Notes under the pieces: generated by a model
What the model saw: the letters and a program-made list of their open reading frames with translations, nothing else
The model's database searches: none
Told to the model about the DNA's origin: nothing
In this document: one piece after another, positions 10,998 through 20,513 of the stretch
How positions within the stretch are numbered: position 1 is the first letter of the stretch
Layout: the number at the start of each line of letters is the position of its first letter
Translations under genes and position numbers: made by a program
NCBI GenBank assembly: GCA_039589315.1
Contig: JBDHHQ010000043.1
Location: 32,001-96,000 of the forward strand
DNA from: Gemmatimonadota bacterium
GTDB taxonomy: Bacteria > Gemmatimonadota > Gemmatimonadetes > Longimicrobiales > Gaopeijiaceae
DNA length: 64,000 bases
Direction of reading: 5' to 3'

Positions 10998-12848
10998 GTG
11001 ACCGCATCCATCAGCTCCGTGTCCGACCCGACCGATAGCGCGCCGGCGGACCGGGACATCCCTTCCGGTAGCTCGACGTACGAACCGTTCCAGTTTCGCG
11101 CGTTCTGCCTCCACAGGGACCGGGGCGCGGCCGATGCGGCAGCACGTGTGTTCCGTGGGACCCTCGGGCGAGCGCCGCAGGTCACCCTCGAGTCCGCCAG
11201 CTGGACCGTGCAGGTGGAGACCGGCGGTGGGACCACCGTCGGTTGGGATGCGGATGGCCGGGTGGCGGTGGTCCTGCACGGCGAGATCCACGACGACTTC
11301 GGTGAGACGGCAGAGGCGCTGGCACGTCGGTTCCGGGTCCGGGGTCGCCGGCTCCTGCACGACCTGAACGGGTCCTTCGCGATCCTGGTGCTGGACCGGG
11401 AAGCCGACCGGGTGCTGGTAGCCACGGACCGGGTCAGCTCCCGGCGGGTCTTTCACAGCCTCGCCCGCGGCGGCCACTGGCTCACGTCCGACCTGGGAAG
11501 CCAGCCCACGGCAGGACGAGATCTGGACGTCACCGGAATCGCCTGGTACATGGTCGGCGCCGACTTCTACAACGGGCGCACGCCGTTCGAGGGGGTTCGT
11601 GTCCTCGAGCCGGGCTCATGCTTCACCCTGGTGGAGGGGGCCACGCAGAGGGACCCGTACTGGACCCACGTGGTGCGGGAGCCGGCGGCCCCCATGGACC
11701 TCGATCGGGCTGCCGACGAGCTCGGTGAGATCCTGGTCGAGGCCGTTCGCCGCAGGGCGACCGGGAACCTGCTCATGTCGCTCAGCGGTGGCCACGACTC
11801 CACCGCGATCGCGGTCATCCTGGCGGAGGTCCTGGGCATCACGGACGTCCAGACGTTTTCGTACACGTCACGGCGCGAGTACGGCAAGCCCCGGGACTTC
11901 CAGGACTGCGACGAGGAAGAAAAGGACGCGGCCGTCGCTGCTCGGACGGCACGAGCTCTGGGATTCCCGAATCGGATCGTCGAAACCTACGGCGGAGACC
12001 TGCTGGCTCACCTGCGCTTCAGCGCCCGGTGCACGGAGGGTATGGCCAGGGGCTGGTCGGCCGCCGACGTTTGGTCGCAGCTTCAGGGTCAGCTGGCCAC
12101 CGTCGACGCCCCCGTGCTGCTCGTCGGAGACGAGTATTTCGGCCGGGCCAACCCAGAGGTCCGGTCCGTACGGGCAGTCTGGCGCGAAGTCCACATCAAG
12201 GAGCTGGTGTTCCCGCCCCCGGTCGGAGGCATACTGCCCGGGGATCTCTCCGAGAGGATGCGGCAAGGTCTGGAGTCGGACCAGGCCGAGATCCTCGAGC
12301 GCCAGCGGCACGACGGTGATCTCGTTCGCCTCCATGACCACCTCACGCAGGACCTCCGCAACGTCTACGCCATCCTGCCCTGGCGGGAGAACTACGCGAG
12401 TCGTTTCGCTAGGGTGCGTAATCCCTGGATGGACTCGAACGTCCTGGACTTCGTTACGGTCTTGCCCCAGGAAGCGCGGCTGGGTAAGTCGCTCTTTCTC
12501 GAGGCCGTCCGTCGGCTGTCGCCCACATTCCGGGAGTTCGTACGGTCCGAGCGGGAAGCATATCATCCGAACTTCCGCCCGATGCTGCGGGCGGAGGCCC
12601 CGGCGCTGCGTGCGTGGATCCACACGTCCCGAAGCCGCTTGGACGAGGTGATCCCCACCGACTTCGGCGAACGGCTCCTCGACGTCATCGTCGATCCGGC
12701 CAAGGGCCGGTGGTCACCCCCTCGGGTGAGCTCCGCCCTTCGTCGGCGCGCCCGAGGGCTCCAAGGGCAGCGGACCGAGGCTCGCCCGTTGGACGTGGTG
12801 AGCCTCTTCCGCGGTTGGGCCGTCCTCCGGATGGCGCTGGAGTACTGA
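10998..12848 (+). CDS. Asparagine synthetase-like ATP-dependent amide ligase (no N-terminal Cys visible)
   Basis: LHGEI, DLNGSFA, ATDRVSSRRVF, RTPFEGV, PP-loop LSGGHDS, RNPWMD; GTG 10998 with GAGGGG upstream. Confidence 0.8.
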   Translation: MTASISSVSDPTDSAPADRDIPSGSSTYEPFQFRAFCLHRDRGAADAAARVFRGTLGRAPQVTLESASWTVQVETGGGTTVGWDADGRVAVVLHGEIHDDFGETAEALARRFRVRGRRLLHDLNGSFAILVLDREADRVLVATDRVSSRRVFHSLARGGHWLTSDLGSQPTAGRDLDVTGIAWYMVGADFYNGRTPFEGVRVLEPGSCFTLVEGATQRDPYWTHVVREPAAPMDLDRAADELGEILVEAVRRRATGNLLMSLSGGHDSTAIAVILAEVLGITDVQTFSYTSRREYGKPRDFQDCDEEEKDAAVAARTARALGFPNRIVETYGGDLLAHLRFSARCTEGMARGWSAADVWSQLQGQLATVDAPVLLVGDEYFGRANPEVRSVRAVWREVHIKELVFPPPVGGILPGDLSERMRQGLESDQAEILERQRHDGDLVRLHDHLTQDLRNVYAILPWRENYASRFARVRNPWMDSNVLDFVTVLPQEARLGKSLFLEAVRRLSPTFREFVRSEREAYHPNFRPMLRAEAPALRAWIHTSRSRLDEVIPTDFGERLLDVIVDPAKGRWSPPRVSSALRRRARGLQGQRTEARPLDVVSLFRGWAVLRMALEY

Positions 12849-12850
12849 GG

Positions 12851-14683
12851 CTACTTCGTGATCGGTGCCAACTCCTCGCCCGGGTTCACGAACGTGTCCC
12901 GCTCCAGCCCGTACTGCTTCTCGTAGAGCCGGCGGTAGAGGCCGTCCCGGGTGATGAGCTCGTCGTGGGTCCCTGCCTCGACGACGCGACCGTCATCCAT
13001 GACCAGGATCCGGTCGGCGCTCCGAATCGTCGAGAGGCGGTGCGCGATCACGAAGGTCGTGCGGCCGTGGCGCAGAGAGCTGATGCCGTCCCGGATCAGC
13101 GCCTCGCTTTCGCTGTCCAGGCTGGACGTGGCCTCGTCCAGGATCAGGATGCGCGGGTCCGCCAGGATGGCGCGGGCGATGGCGACCCGCTGACGCTGCC
13201 CTCCCGACAGCTTCACGCCCCGCTCCCCGACGATCGTTTCGTACCCGTGCTCGAAGCGATCGATGAACTCGTCGCAATGTGCGATCCGTGCGGCCTCCCG
13301 CACCTGCTCCAGGGTGGCCCCCGGTCGGGAGAAGGCGATGTTCTCGCGCACGGTGCCATCGAAAAGGAAGTTGTCCTGCAGCACCACGCCCAGGAAGCGG
13401 CGGTAGTCGCGGAGTCGCACGCGCTTCAGATCATGGCCGTCGATGAGCACGCGGCCGGACAGGGGGTGATCGAACGCCATGACGAGGCCGATGAGCGTGC
13501 TCTTGCCGGCCCCGCTCGGGCCCACCAGTGCGGTGGTCGTGCCGGCCGGCGCGCGGAAAGACACGTTGCGGAGGACCTCCACCCCCGGCTCGTACTCGAA
13601 GGACACGGCCTCGAAGGTCACGTCGCCTTCAACGTTGCCCAGTGGCAGCCGTTCCCTTCCGTCCTGGTCTTCCTCCAACTCGGCCATGACCTCTCGGATC
13701 CGGTCCAGGCCGGCGAACGCCTCGCTGATCTGCGTGCCGATGTTGGCGATCTGGACCAGGGGGGAGACCATGAGGCCGACGAAGATCATGTAGAGGACCA
13801 GGTCGCCCAACGTCATCGTCCCTGCCAGGATGGCCCGGCCGCCCATCACCATGATCAGCACGCCCACGAAACCCACGATCACCGTTGACACCGCGCTGAT
13901 GGCGGACGTGCCCGTGATGGTCGTGGCCACGTTGCGGAGGAGCCGGAAGACACCGTGGGTGAACACCCGCTCCTCCCGGCGCTCCGCCACGTAGGTCTTG
14001 AGCACCCGGATGCCCCCCAGGCCCTCGCCCAGCCGACCCGTCACCTGGGCGTTGATCTCGCCTCGCTCCCGGAAAATCGGCCGGAGTTTCCTGAACGCGA
14101 ACGCCATGGCTCCGCCGAAGGCCACGAGCAGCACGAGGGTCACCGCAGTGAGGCGCCAGTTCAGCACGAACAGTACCGCCATCGCGATCGCAGCGGTGAG
14201 CAGGCCACCCACCAGTTGGATGATGCCGGTGCCCACCAGATTCCGGATCCCCGTTGCGTCCGTCATGATGCGAGAGATCAGGACGCCGACCTTGGTGGCG
14301 TCGAAGTAGGACACCGGCAGGCGCATCACGTGTGCCTGCACGCGCCGCCGCATGTCCGCGATGGCACGCTGGCCCGCGATACTGACCACCTGCGACAGGG
14401 CGAAGCCGGACGCGGCCTGCACGATGGTCGCCACCGTGGCGACAGCTGCGAGAGGGATCAGCAGGTCCGCGCGGTCCTCTCCGATCACGTTGTCGATGAG
14501 GAACTTGGAGGTCGACGGCAGGACGAGGCCGGAGAGACGGCTCACCACCATGATGGCCAAGCCCAGGCCCAACGTCCGCCGATGCTCCCAGAGCAATCCC
14601 CGGGACTCTCGCCAGACGTGTTTGAGGCTCAGTGGGGGCCGTTCGGGTGAAGCGGTGGCTGTAGGTGCGCCGCGGTGAGCCAA
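12851..14683 (-). CDS. ABC exporter, fused permease/ATPase (MsbA-like)
   Basis: Transmembrane domain then Walker A GPSGAGKS, LSGGQRQ, Walker B LILDEATS, IAHRLST. Confidence 0.95.
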   Translation of the reverse strand: MAHRGAPTATASPERPPLSLKHVWRESRGLLWEHRRTLGLGLAIMVVSRLSGLVLPSTSKFLIDNVIGEDRADLLIPLAAVATVATIVQAASGFALSQVVSIAGQRAIADMRRRVQAHVMRLPVSYFDATKVGVLISRIMTDATGIRNLVGTGIIQLVGGLLTAAIAMAVLFVLNWRLTAVTLVLLVAFGGAMAFAFRKLRPIFRERGEINAQVTGRLGEGLGGIRVLKTYVAERREERVFTHGVFRLLRNVATTITGTSAISAVSTVIVGFVGVLIMVMGGRAILAGTMTLGDLVLYMIFVGLMVSPLVQIANIGTQISEAFAGLDRIREVMAELEEDQDGRERLPLGNVEGDVTFEAVSFEYEPGVEVLRNVSFRAPAGTTTALVGPSGAGKSTLIGLVMAFDHPLSGRVLIDGHDLKRVRLRDYRRFLGVVLQDNFLFDGTVRENIAFSRPGATLEQVREAARIAHCDEFIDRFEHGYETIVGERGVKLSGGQRQRVAIARAILADPRILILDEATSSLDSESEALIRDGISSLRHGRTTFVIAHRLSTIRSADRILVMDDGRVVEAGTHDELITRDGLYRRLYEKQYGLERDTFVNPGEELAPITK

Positions 14684-14864
14684 GGACGATCCTGCGTTTC
14701 TTGGACGGTGGGCCGGGGGTCCGATTTCAGGCCTGTACGGTCGCGGAGCGAGCGGAGCGGGTCAAGCGGCGCGGTGGAGGCGCCGGCCGGTGTTCTCCGG
14801 CGTGACGAGCGCGTAGACTGCGGGTTCGGGACTTCGCTCAACCCGCTCGGCCCCGGAGCCGCCC

Positions 14865-17800
14865 ATGCGTCCTCTCGCCGTCCGCCTTTTCGAACGCCTC
14901 GCCTCCGTCTTTCTCCCGGCAACGCTCCTCTGCGCGCTCCTGCCTCCGGGTCCCGTGGGGCCGTTGGCCCTCGGTCCCGCAGCGGCCGCTGCGCAAACGA
15001 CGCGTCCGTCCCATCTCGAGGCGCTGGAGTGGCGATCCGTGGGCCCCACACGCGGGGGGCGGGTGCTGGGAGTCGCCGGAGATCCGGCCAGCCCCATGAC
15101 CTTCTATCAGGGAACGGCCGGCGGCGGGGTGTGGAAGACGGAGGACGGTGGGCTCAATTGGTACAACGTTTCGGACGGGTACTTCGGCACGGGCTCGGTG
15201 GGAGCGGTCGCCGTAGCGCCGTCCAGCCCCGCCACGCTCTACGTGGGCATGGGCGAGGCTTGCATTCGCGGCAACGCCTCTCACGGCGACGGCGTGTATC
15301 GATCGGATGACGCCGGGGAGAGTTGGCGGCACCTGGGCCTCGCGGAGACGCTCCAGATCGCGCGGGTGCGGGTTCACCCGTCGAATCCGGACATCGTGTA
15401 CGTCGCCGCATTGGGCAACGCGTGGGGCGCCAGCGAGGACCGGGGCGTGTATCGGTCCGTCGACGGGGGCACCACATGGAAGAAGATACTCTACCGCGAC
15501 GAGAACACTGGGGCCATCGACCTGGTCCTGGACCCCGGTGACCCGGACGTGATGTACGCGTCGCTCCTCGAGCTACGACGCTTTCCGTGGGGCTTCCGGA
15601 GCGCGGGGCCGGGGACGGGCCTATTCAAATCCACCGACGGCGGCGACAGTTGGACCGAGCTAACGGACAACCCCGGTCTACCCGGGGGCCTCAAGGGCCG
15701 TATCGGCGTCGCGCTGGCCCCGTCGCGGCCGGAGCGGGTGTGGGCCATCGTGGACGCTGAGCTCGGCGAGAAGGGGCTGTTCCGCTCCGAGGACGGTGGC
15801 GCCTCGTGGACCCGCGTCAACGACGACGCCGACCTCACCCAGCGGCCGTGGTACTACCACCACGTCGTGGCGGACCCGGTCGACCCGAATACCGTCTACG
15901 TGCTCAACGCCCGAGCATGGAAATCCACGGACGGCGGCGAGACCTTCGAGCAGCTGCCCACGGCCCACCCCGACAACCACGACCTGTGGATCGACCCGGC
16001 GAATCCCCGTCGCATGGTCAACGGCAACGACGGGGGCGCCTCGGTCAGCTTCAACGGCGGCGAATCCTGGACCACGCTCCTCAATCAGCCCACCGCCCAA
16101 CTCTACCACGTGGCCGTCGACAGCCGCACCCCCTACCGGCTCTACGCCTCGCAGCAGGACAACACCACCATCAGCGTGCCCAGCCGATCCGACTACGGCA
16201 GCGTCACGATCGAGGACTGGTACACGGTGGGCGGCGGCGAGGACGGCTACATCGCCGTCAATACGGCGGACCCCGACATCGTCTACGCCGGAGACCACCA
16301 CTGGATCTACCGCTACGACCATCGCTCGAAGCAGGTGCGGGACATCTCGCCCAACCCCGAGACGCACTACGGGTGGGGCTCGGCCGACATCAACTTCCGG
16401 TTCTGGTGGACGTACCCGGTCGCCTCGTCGCCCCACGACCCCGACGTGCTGTACGTGACGTCCCAGCACGTGCACCGGAGTCGCGACGAGGGTCAGACCT
16501 GGGAGGTCATCAGCCCCGACCTCACCCGTGCGGATCCGTCCACGCTGGAGAACACCCCGTCCTACGAGCGGACCGAGACCGCAGAGTACTGGGGGCCCAT
16601 CACCCGGGAGGCGTATGGCCCGGAGTGGTATGCCACGATCTTCGCGTTCACCGAGTCGCCGGTGCAGCCCGGTCTCCTGTGGGCCGGATCCGATGACGGG
16701 TTCGTCCACGTATCCAGGGACGGTGGAGCTACGTGGACCGACGTGACCATACCGGACCTGCCCGAGTTCGCGATGATCAGCGTGATCGACGCGTCCCACC
16801 ACGACCCGGGCACGGCCTACCTGGCTGCCACCCGCTACAAGCTCTCGGACCACACGCCCTACTTGTTCAAGACCAACGACTACGGCGCGACCTGGGTCCG
16901 CATCACCGACGGCATCGGCGAGGGTCACTTCACCCGGGTGGTCCGCGAAGATCCGGTCCGTCCCGGGCTGCTCTACGCGGGCAGCGAAATGGGCGCATGG
17001 GTGTCGTTCGACGACGGCGGCCACTGGCAGCCGCTGGGAGCGGGGCTTCCTATCGTACCGGTGCACGACCTGGTGGTCCGGGATGGGGATCTGGCGGCGG
17101 CCACACATGGCAGGTCCTTCTGGATCCTGGACAACGTCGCGCTGCTGCGTCAGCTGACTCCGGAGGTCAGGGCCGCCGGAGTCCACCTGTTCCAGCCTCG
17201 TCCCGCGATCCGCTATAGCAGTGGCGCCTCCAGGGCCGGCCTGTTCGACGCGACGACCACCGGGCGGGGACACGAGGCGGGCCAGAATCCGCCGGACGGC
17301 GTAGTCGTGCACTACTACCTGGGCAGCGATCCGGAGGGAGAGGTGGTGCTGCGGTTCCTCGCGAACGGCGAGGTGATCCGGACCTTCTCGAGCGCGGGAG
17401 AGGCGGACGAGCCCCAGCGAGGCTTCTTCGGCCGGGGCGGCGGCGACCGGACGGTGAGCACGGGCGCCGGCGCTCATCGCTTCATCTGGGACATGCGGTA
17501 CCCCGCCGCCGAGGTCCTCGAGGACGCCGTGTTCCAGGGCCGTGCCGACGGACCCCGGGCCCCGCCGGGATCCTACGAGGTAGAGCTGGAGGTCGAGGGC
17601 CAGACGCACCGCCGAGCCTTCGAGATCACGAAGGACCCCCGGGTCGAATACACGCAGGCCGATCTGGAGGCCCAGTTCGCGTTCCTGTCGGCCGTCCGAG
17701 ACAAGCTGACGGAGACCATGCAGGTGGTGCGCCGTATCCGGGAGCTGCGATCCCACGGGACCGAAGCGGTGCGGCGAGCGGGGGGCGGTGAGGAGCTGGA

Positions 17801-18089
17801 GGGTGCCCTGAGAGACCTGAACGACCTCCTCTATCCTCTCGAGGAGCGCCTGGTGCAGTACCGGGCACGAGCCGGCCAGGACCTCATCGCCCAGCCCACG
17901 GGCATCGACAGCAAGTTGGCGCGGTTGATGAGCTTCGCCTCGATGGCCGACGGGCCGCCCACCCAGGGGCAGCGAGAGCTCTTCCAGCGACTGTCCGACG
18001 GCGTTGCCGAGCGCGCAGAGGCCCTGGGCCGAATCGAGACGAACGAGTTCGCCGAGCTCATGCGGAAGACGGGAGTCGTGTTCCAATGA
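14865..18089 (+). CDS. Secreted VPS10/sortilin-like BNR (Asp-box) repeat protein
   Basis: Signal peptide, WRSVGPTRGGR, many S/T-x-D-G-G-x-x-W Asp boxes, AATHGRSFWILD, C-terminal helical region. Confidence 0.9.
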   Translation: MRPLAVRLFERLASVFLPATLLCALLPPGPVGPLALGPAAAAAQTTRPSHLEALEWRSVGPTRGGRVLGVAGDPASPMTFYQGTAGGGVWKTEDGGLNWYNVSDGYFGTGSVGAVAVAPSSPATLYVGMGEACIRGNASHGDGVYRSDDAGESWRHLGLAETLQIARVRVHPSNPDIVYVAALGNAWGASEDRGVYRSVDGGTTWKKILYRDENTGAIDLVLDPGDPDVMYASLLELRRFPWGFRSAGPGTGLFKSTDGGDSWTELTDNPGLPGGLKGRIGVALAPSRPERVWAIVDAELGEKGLFRSEDGGASWTRVNDDADLTQRPWYYHHVVADPVDPNTVYVLNARAWKSTDGGETFEQLPTAHPDNHDLWIDPANPRRMVNGNDGGASVSFNGGESWTTLLNQPTAQLYHVAVDSRTPYRLYASQQDNTTISVPSRSDYGSVTIEDWYTVGGGEDGYIAVNTADPDIVYAGDHHWIYRYDHRSKQVRDISPNPETHYGWGSADINFRFWWTYPVASSPHDPDVLYVTSQHVHRSRDEGQTWEVISPDLTRADPSTLENTPSYERTETAEYWGPITREAYGPEWYATIFAFTESPVQPGLLWAGSDDGFVHVSRDGGATWTDVTIPDLPEFAMISVIDASHHDPGTAYLAATRYKLSDHTPYLFKTNDYGATWVRITDGIGEGHFTRVVREDPVRPGLLYAGSEMGAWVSFDDGGHWQPLGAGLPIVPVHDLVVRDGDLAAATHGRSFWILDNVALLRQLTPEVRAAGVHLFQPRPAIRYSSGASRAGLFDATTTGRGHEAGQNPPDGVVVHYYLGSDPEGEVVLRFLANGEVIRTFSSAGEADEPQRGFFGRGGGDRTVSTGAGAHRFIWDMRYPAAEVLEDAVFQGRADGPRAPPGSYEVELEVEGQTHRRAFEITKDPRVEYTQADLEAQFAFLSAVRDKLTETMQVVRRIRELRSHGTEAVRRAGGGEELEGALRDLNDLLYPLEERLVQYRARAGQDLIAQPTGIDSKLARLMSFASMADGPPTQGQRELFQRLSDGVAERAEALGRIETNEFAELMRKTGVVFQ

Positions 18090-19774
18090 GGCGGCCGGAT
18101 CCGCCGGTGCGCGCCGTACGCTTCGCGGACCCGCCCCGTGGGAGAAGGTCGACACATCCGCCACGGGCGGGGGTGTGGGCACCTCTGCCCCGCGGGGGGG
18201 TGCGACCCGATCGCGGCTGGCGCCGGGCCCTGGCCGGCCTGGCCGTGTTCGTCGCCGCGGCCTGCACCGCTCCCGCTACCCCGTTCGACGTGGTGGACGC
18301 CACCATCGCAGAGGTACAGGAGGCCGTGCTCTCGGGCCGGGTCAGCTGCCGCGAGGTGGTCCAGGCCTACCTGGACCGGATCGACGCCTACGATCAGAGC
18401 ACCGGCTTGAACGCCATCACGGTGGTCAACCCCGATGCCCTGACCCGGGCCGACGAAGCCGACGCGGCGGTGGCCGCGCGCGGTGAGCTGGGCCCGCTCT
18501 TCTGCGTTCCCGTCCTGGTGAAGGACAACTTCGACACCCACGATCTGCCCACCACCGGCGGCTCCATCGCCTTGATGGACAGCCGTCCGCCCGACGACGC
18601 CTTCATGGTTCGGAGGATCCGGGAGGCGGGCGCCATCGTGCTGGCCAAGACCAACATGGCCGAATGGGCCTTCAGCCCGCGGCAAACGGTGAGCTCTTCG
18701 TACGGCACCACGGCCAACGCCTATGCCCTCGACCGGGTCCCCGCCGGGTCGAGCGGGGGCACCGCCTCGGGCGTGGCGGCCAGCTTCGGCCTCGTGGGCC
18801 TCGGGTCGGACACGGGCAACTCGATCCGCGGACCGTCCTCCCATCTGGCCCTCTTCGGCATCCGGTCCACCATCGGCCTGACCAGCCGCGATGGGGTGAT
18901 CCCTCTCTCGTTCGACCGTGACATCGCCGGACCCATGACGCGAACGGTCGAGGACGGGGCCCGACTGTTCAACGTGGTGGCGGGCTACGACCCCGCGGAT
19001 CCGTACACGGAGCTCGGCAGGGATCTGCGAGAGGCCGACTACACGACCTTCCTCGACCCGACCGGTCTGGAGGGCAAGCGCCTCGGTGTTCTCCGGGCGC
19101 TGGTGGACACGGAGGATGCCGACACGGCCGTGGTGCGGGTGTTCGAGACGGCAATCGAGGACCTCGCCCTCCAGGGCGCAGAGATCATCGATCCCTTCGT
19201 CGTCCCGGATTGGGATGAGCTGCTCGACGCGCCCATGTTCTGCCGGCGCTTCCGCTACGACATGCGCCAGTACCTTCTGTCGCTGGGCGAGGGGGCGCCC
19301 ATCCAGGACGTACGTGAGGCGTACGAGGCTGGTCAGTACTCCGAGTACGTGGCCGAGCGCCTGGACCGGGGCACGCAGGCGCCCGCGGAGCTGCACCCCG
19401 GCGACTTCGACCCACCGTGTCCCGACTTCGCCGAGCACCCGGATCGGCAGGCGTTCCTGGCGGCGGTGATCGATGCCATGGACGCGGAGCGCCTCGACGC
19501 CGTGGTGTATCCGACCTGGACGACTCCGCCGGCACACCTCGACCGGGCCATCGAAGACTACGCCGGTGACAACAGCCAACGGGTGGCACCGGCCACCGGT
19601 TTGCCTGCCGTGTCGGTGCCTATGGGCTACACCTATGGCGGGCTTCCGGCCGGCTTGCAGATCCTGGCCCGCCCGTACCAGGAAGGCCTGCTGTTCACCC
19701 TGGCGTACGCCTACGAGCGAGGGACCCGCCACCGCCATCCGCCCGAGGGCTTTCCGCCGTTGTCCGAGCCGTGA
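18086..19774 (+). CDS. Amidase-signature family protein, probable lipoprotein
   Basis: PVLVKDN, GSSGG, GSDTGNSIRGPS; lipobox-like VAAAC; true start may be downstream. Confidence 0.92.
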   Translation: MRRPDPPVRAVRFADPPRGRRSTHPPRAGVWAPLPRGGVRPDRGWRRALAGLAVFVAAACTAPATPFDVVDATIAEVQEAVLSGRVSCREVVQAYLDRIDAYDQSTGLNAITVVNPDALTRADEADAAVAARGELGPLFCVPVLVKDNFDTHDLPTTGGSIALMDSRPPDDAFMVRRIREAGAIVLAKTNMAEWAFSPRQTVSSSYGTTANAYALDRVPAGSSGGTASGVAASFGLVGLGSDTGNSIRGPSSHLALFGIRSTIGLTSRDGVIPLSFDRDIAGPMTRTVEDGARLFNVVAGYDPADPYTELGRDLREADYTTFLDPTGLEGKRLGVLRALVDTEDADTAVVRVFETAIEDLALQGAEIIDPFVVPDWDELLDAPMFCRRFRYDMRQYLLSLGEGAPIQDVREAYEAGQYSEYVAERLDRGTQAPAELHPGDFDPPCPDFAEHPDRQAFLAAVIDAMDAERLDAVVYPTWTTPPAHLDRAIEDYAGDNSQRVAPATGLPAVSVPMGYTYGGLPAGLQILARPYQEGLLFTLAYAYERGTRHRHPPEGFPPLSEP

Positions 19775-19836
19775 CCAGCTCGGGGGCGGCCGGTAAGCCT
19801 GCCCACCTCCGGCTGGACCTTTCGGCCCCGGAGGCC

Positions 19837-20457
19837 TCAGCGCCCGTGCAGCTCTGCCCTGCCCCCTGTCAGCCCGCCCAGCTCGGACTCCAGCTCCGCC
19901 ATGGCCGATACGGGTGCCCGCAACCGGTACGTGATCCCCTGCCCCCAGGCCTCGTCCAGCACCGTCACGCCCAGGCGCTGGAAGATTCGGCGGGCACCGG
20001 TCACGTCGGCGTGGCGCAGCGCGACCGTAACCTCTACGGTAGGCACGAGCACCTCGGTGGGAAGCGTCTCCAGGGCCGCCACGACGCCACCGGCATATGC
20101 GCGTCCCAGCCCACCCTTCCCCAGCTTCACGCCGCCGTAGTACCGGGTGACCACCGCGACGATCTCGCCAACGCCACCGTGCAGCAACGCGGTCAGCATG
20201 GGACGGCCTGCCGTCCCGTGGGGCTCGCCGTCGTCGCTCATGCCCACCTGTCCCGACTCCCCGGGGGCGCCGGCCACGAAGGCCCAGCAGTTGTGGGTAG
20301 CGTCCGGAAACTCGTTGCCGATGCCGGCGATGAAGGCCCGAGCGGCCTCGCGCGTGGCCGCCCGCGCGACCGTCGTGATGAAGCGGCTCCGCCGGATGGT
20401 CTCTTCCACCCGGTGCACCCGGGCCGGAACCAGGTATCCTCCATTCCCGTCAGCCAC
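19837..20457 (-). CDS. yigZ: YigZ/IMPACT family protein
   Basis: RSRFI, DATHNCWA, SDDGEPHGTAGRPML, VVTRYYGGVKLGKGGL. Confidence 0.92.
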   Translation of the reverse strand: MADGNGGYLVPARVHRVEETIRRSRFITTVARAATREAARAFIAGIGNEFPDATHNCWAFVAGAPGESGQVGMSDDGEPHGTAGRPMLTALLHGGVGEIVAVVTRYYGGVKLGKGGLGRAYAGGVVAALETLPTEVLVPTVEVTVALRHADVTGARRIFQRLGVTVLDEAWGQGITYRLRAPVSAMAELESELGGLTGGRAELHGR

Positions 20458-20513
20458 GCGCAGCCCGGTTCGGCGGTGTCTCCTGGTGGATCCGCCCGTG
20501 AGGCCCGGCCGTC

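Noticed and set aside
10998..14683. Lasso-peptide cluster (cyclase-like protein + ABC exporter)
   Set aside because: The genes are convergent, and I found no B1/B2 (RRE/transglutaminase-like) gene or precursor with a lasso leader.
15678..19738. Long antisense ORFs (834 aa, 635 aa) and many similar shadow ORFs throughout the window
   Set aside because: They lie opposite well-supported genes, lack motifs, and are expected from stop-codon scarcity at high GC.
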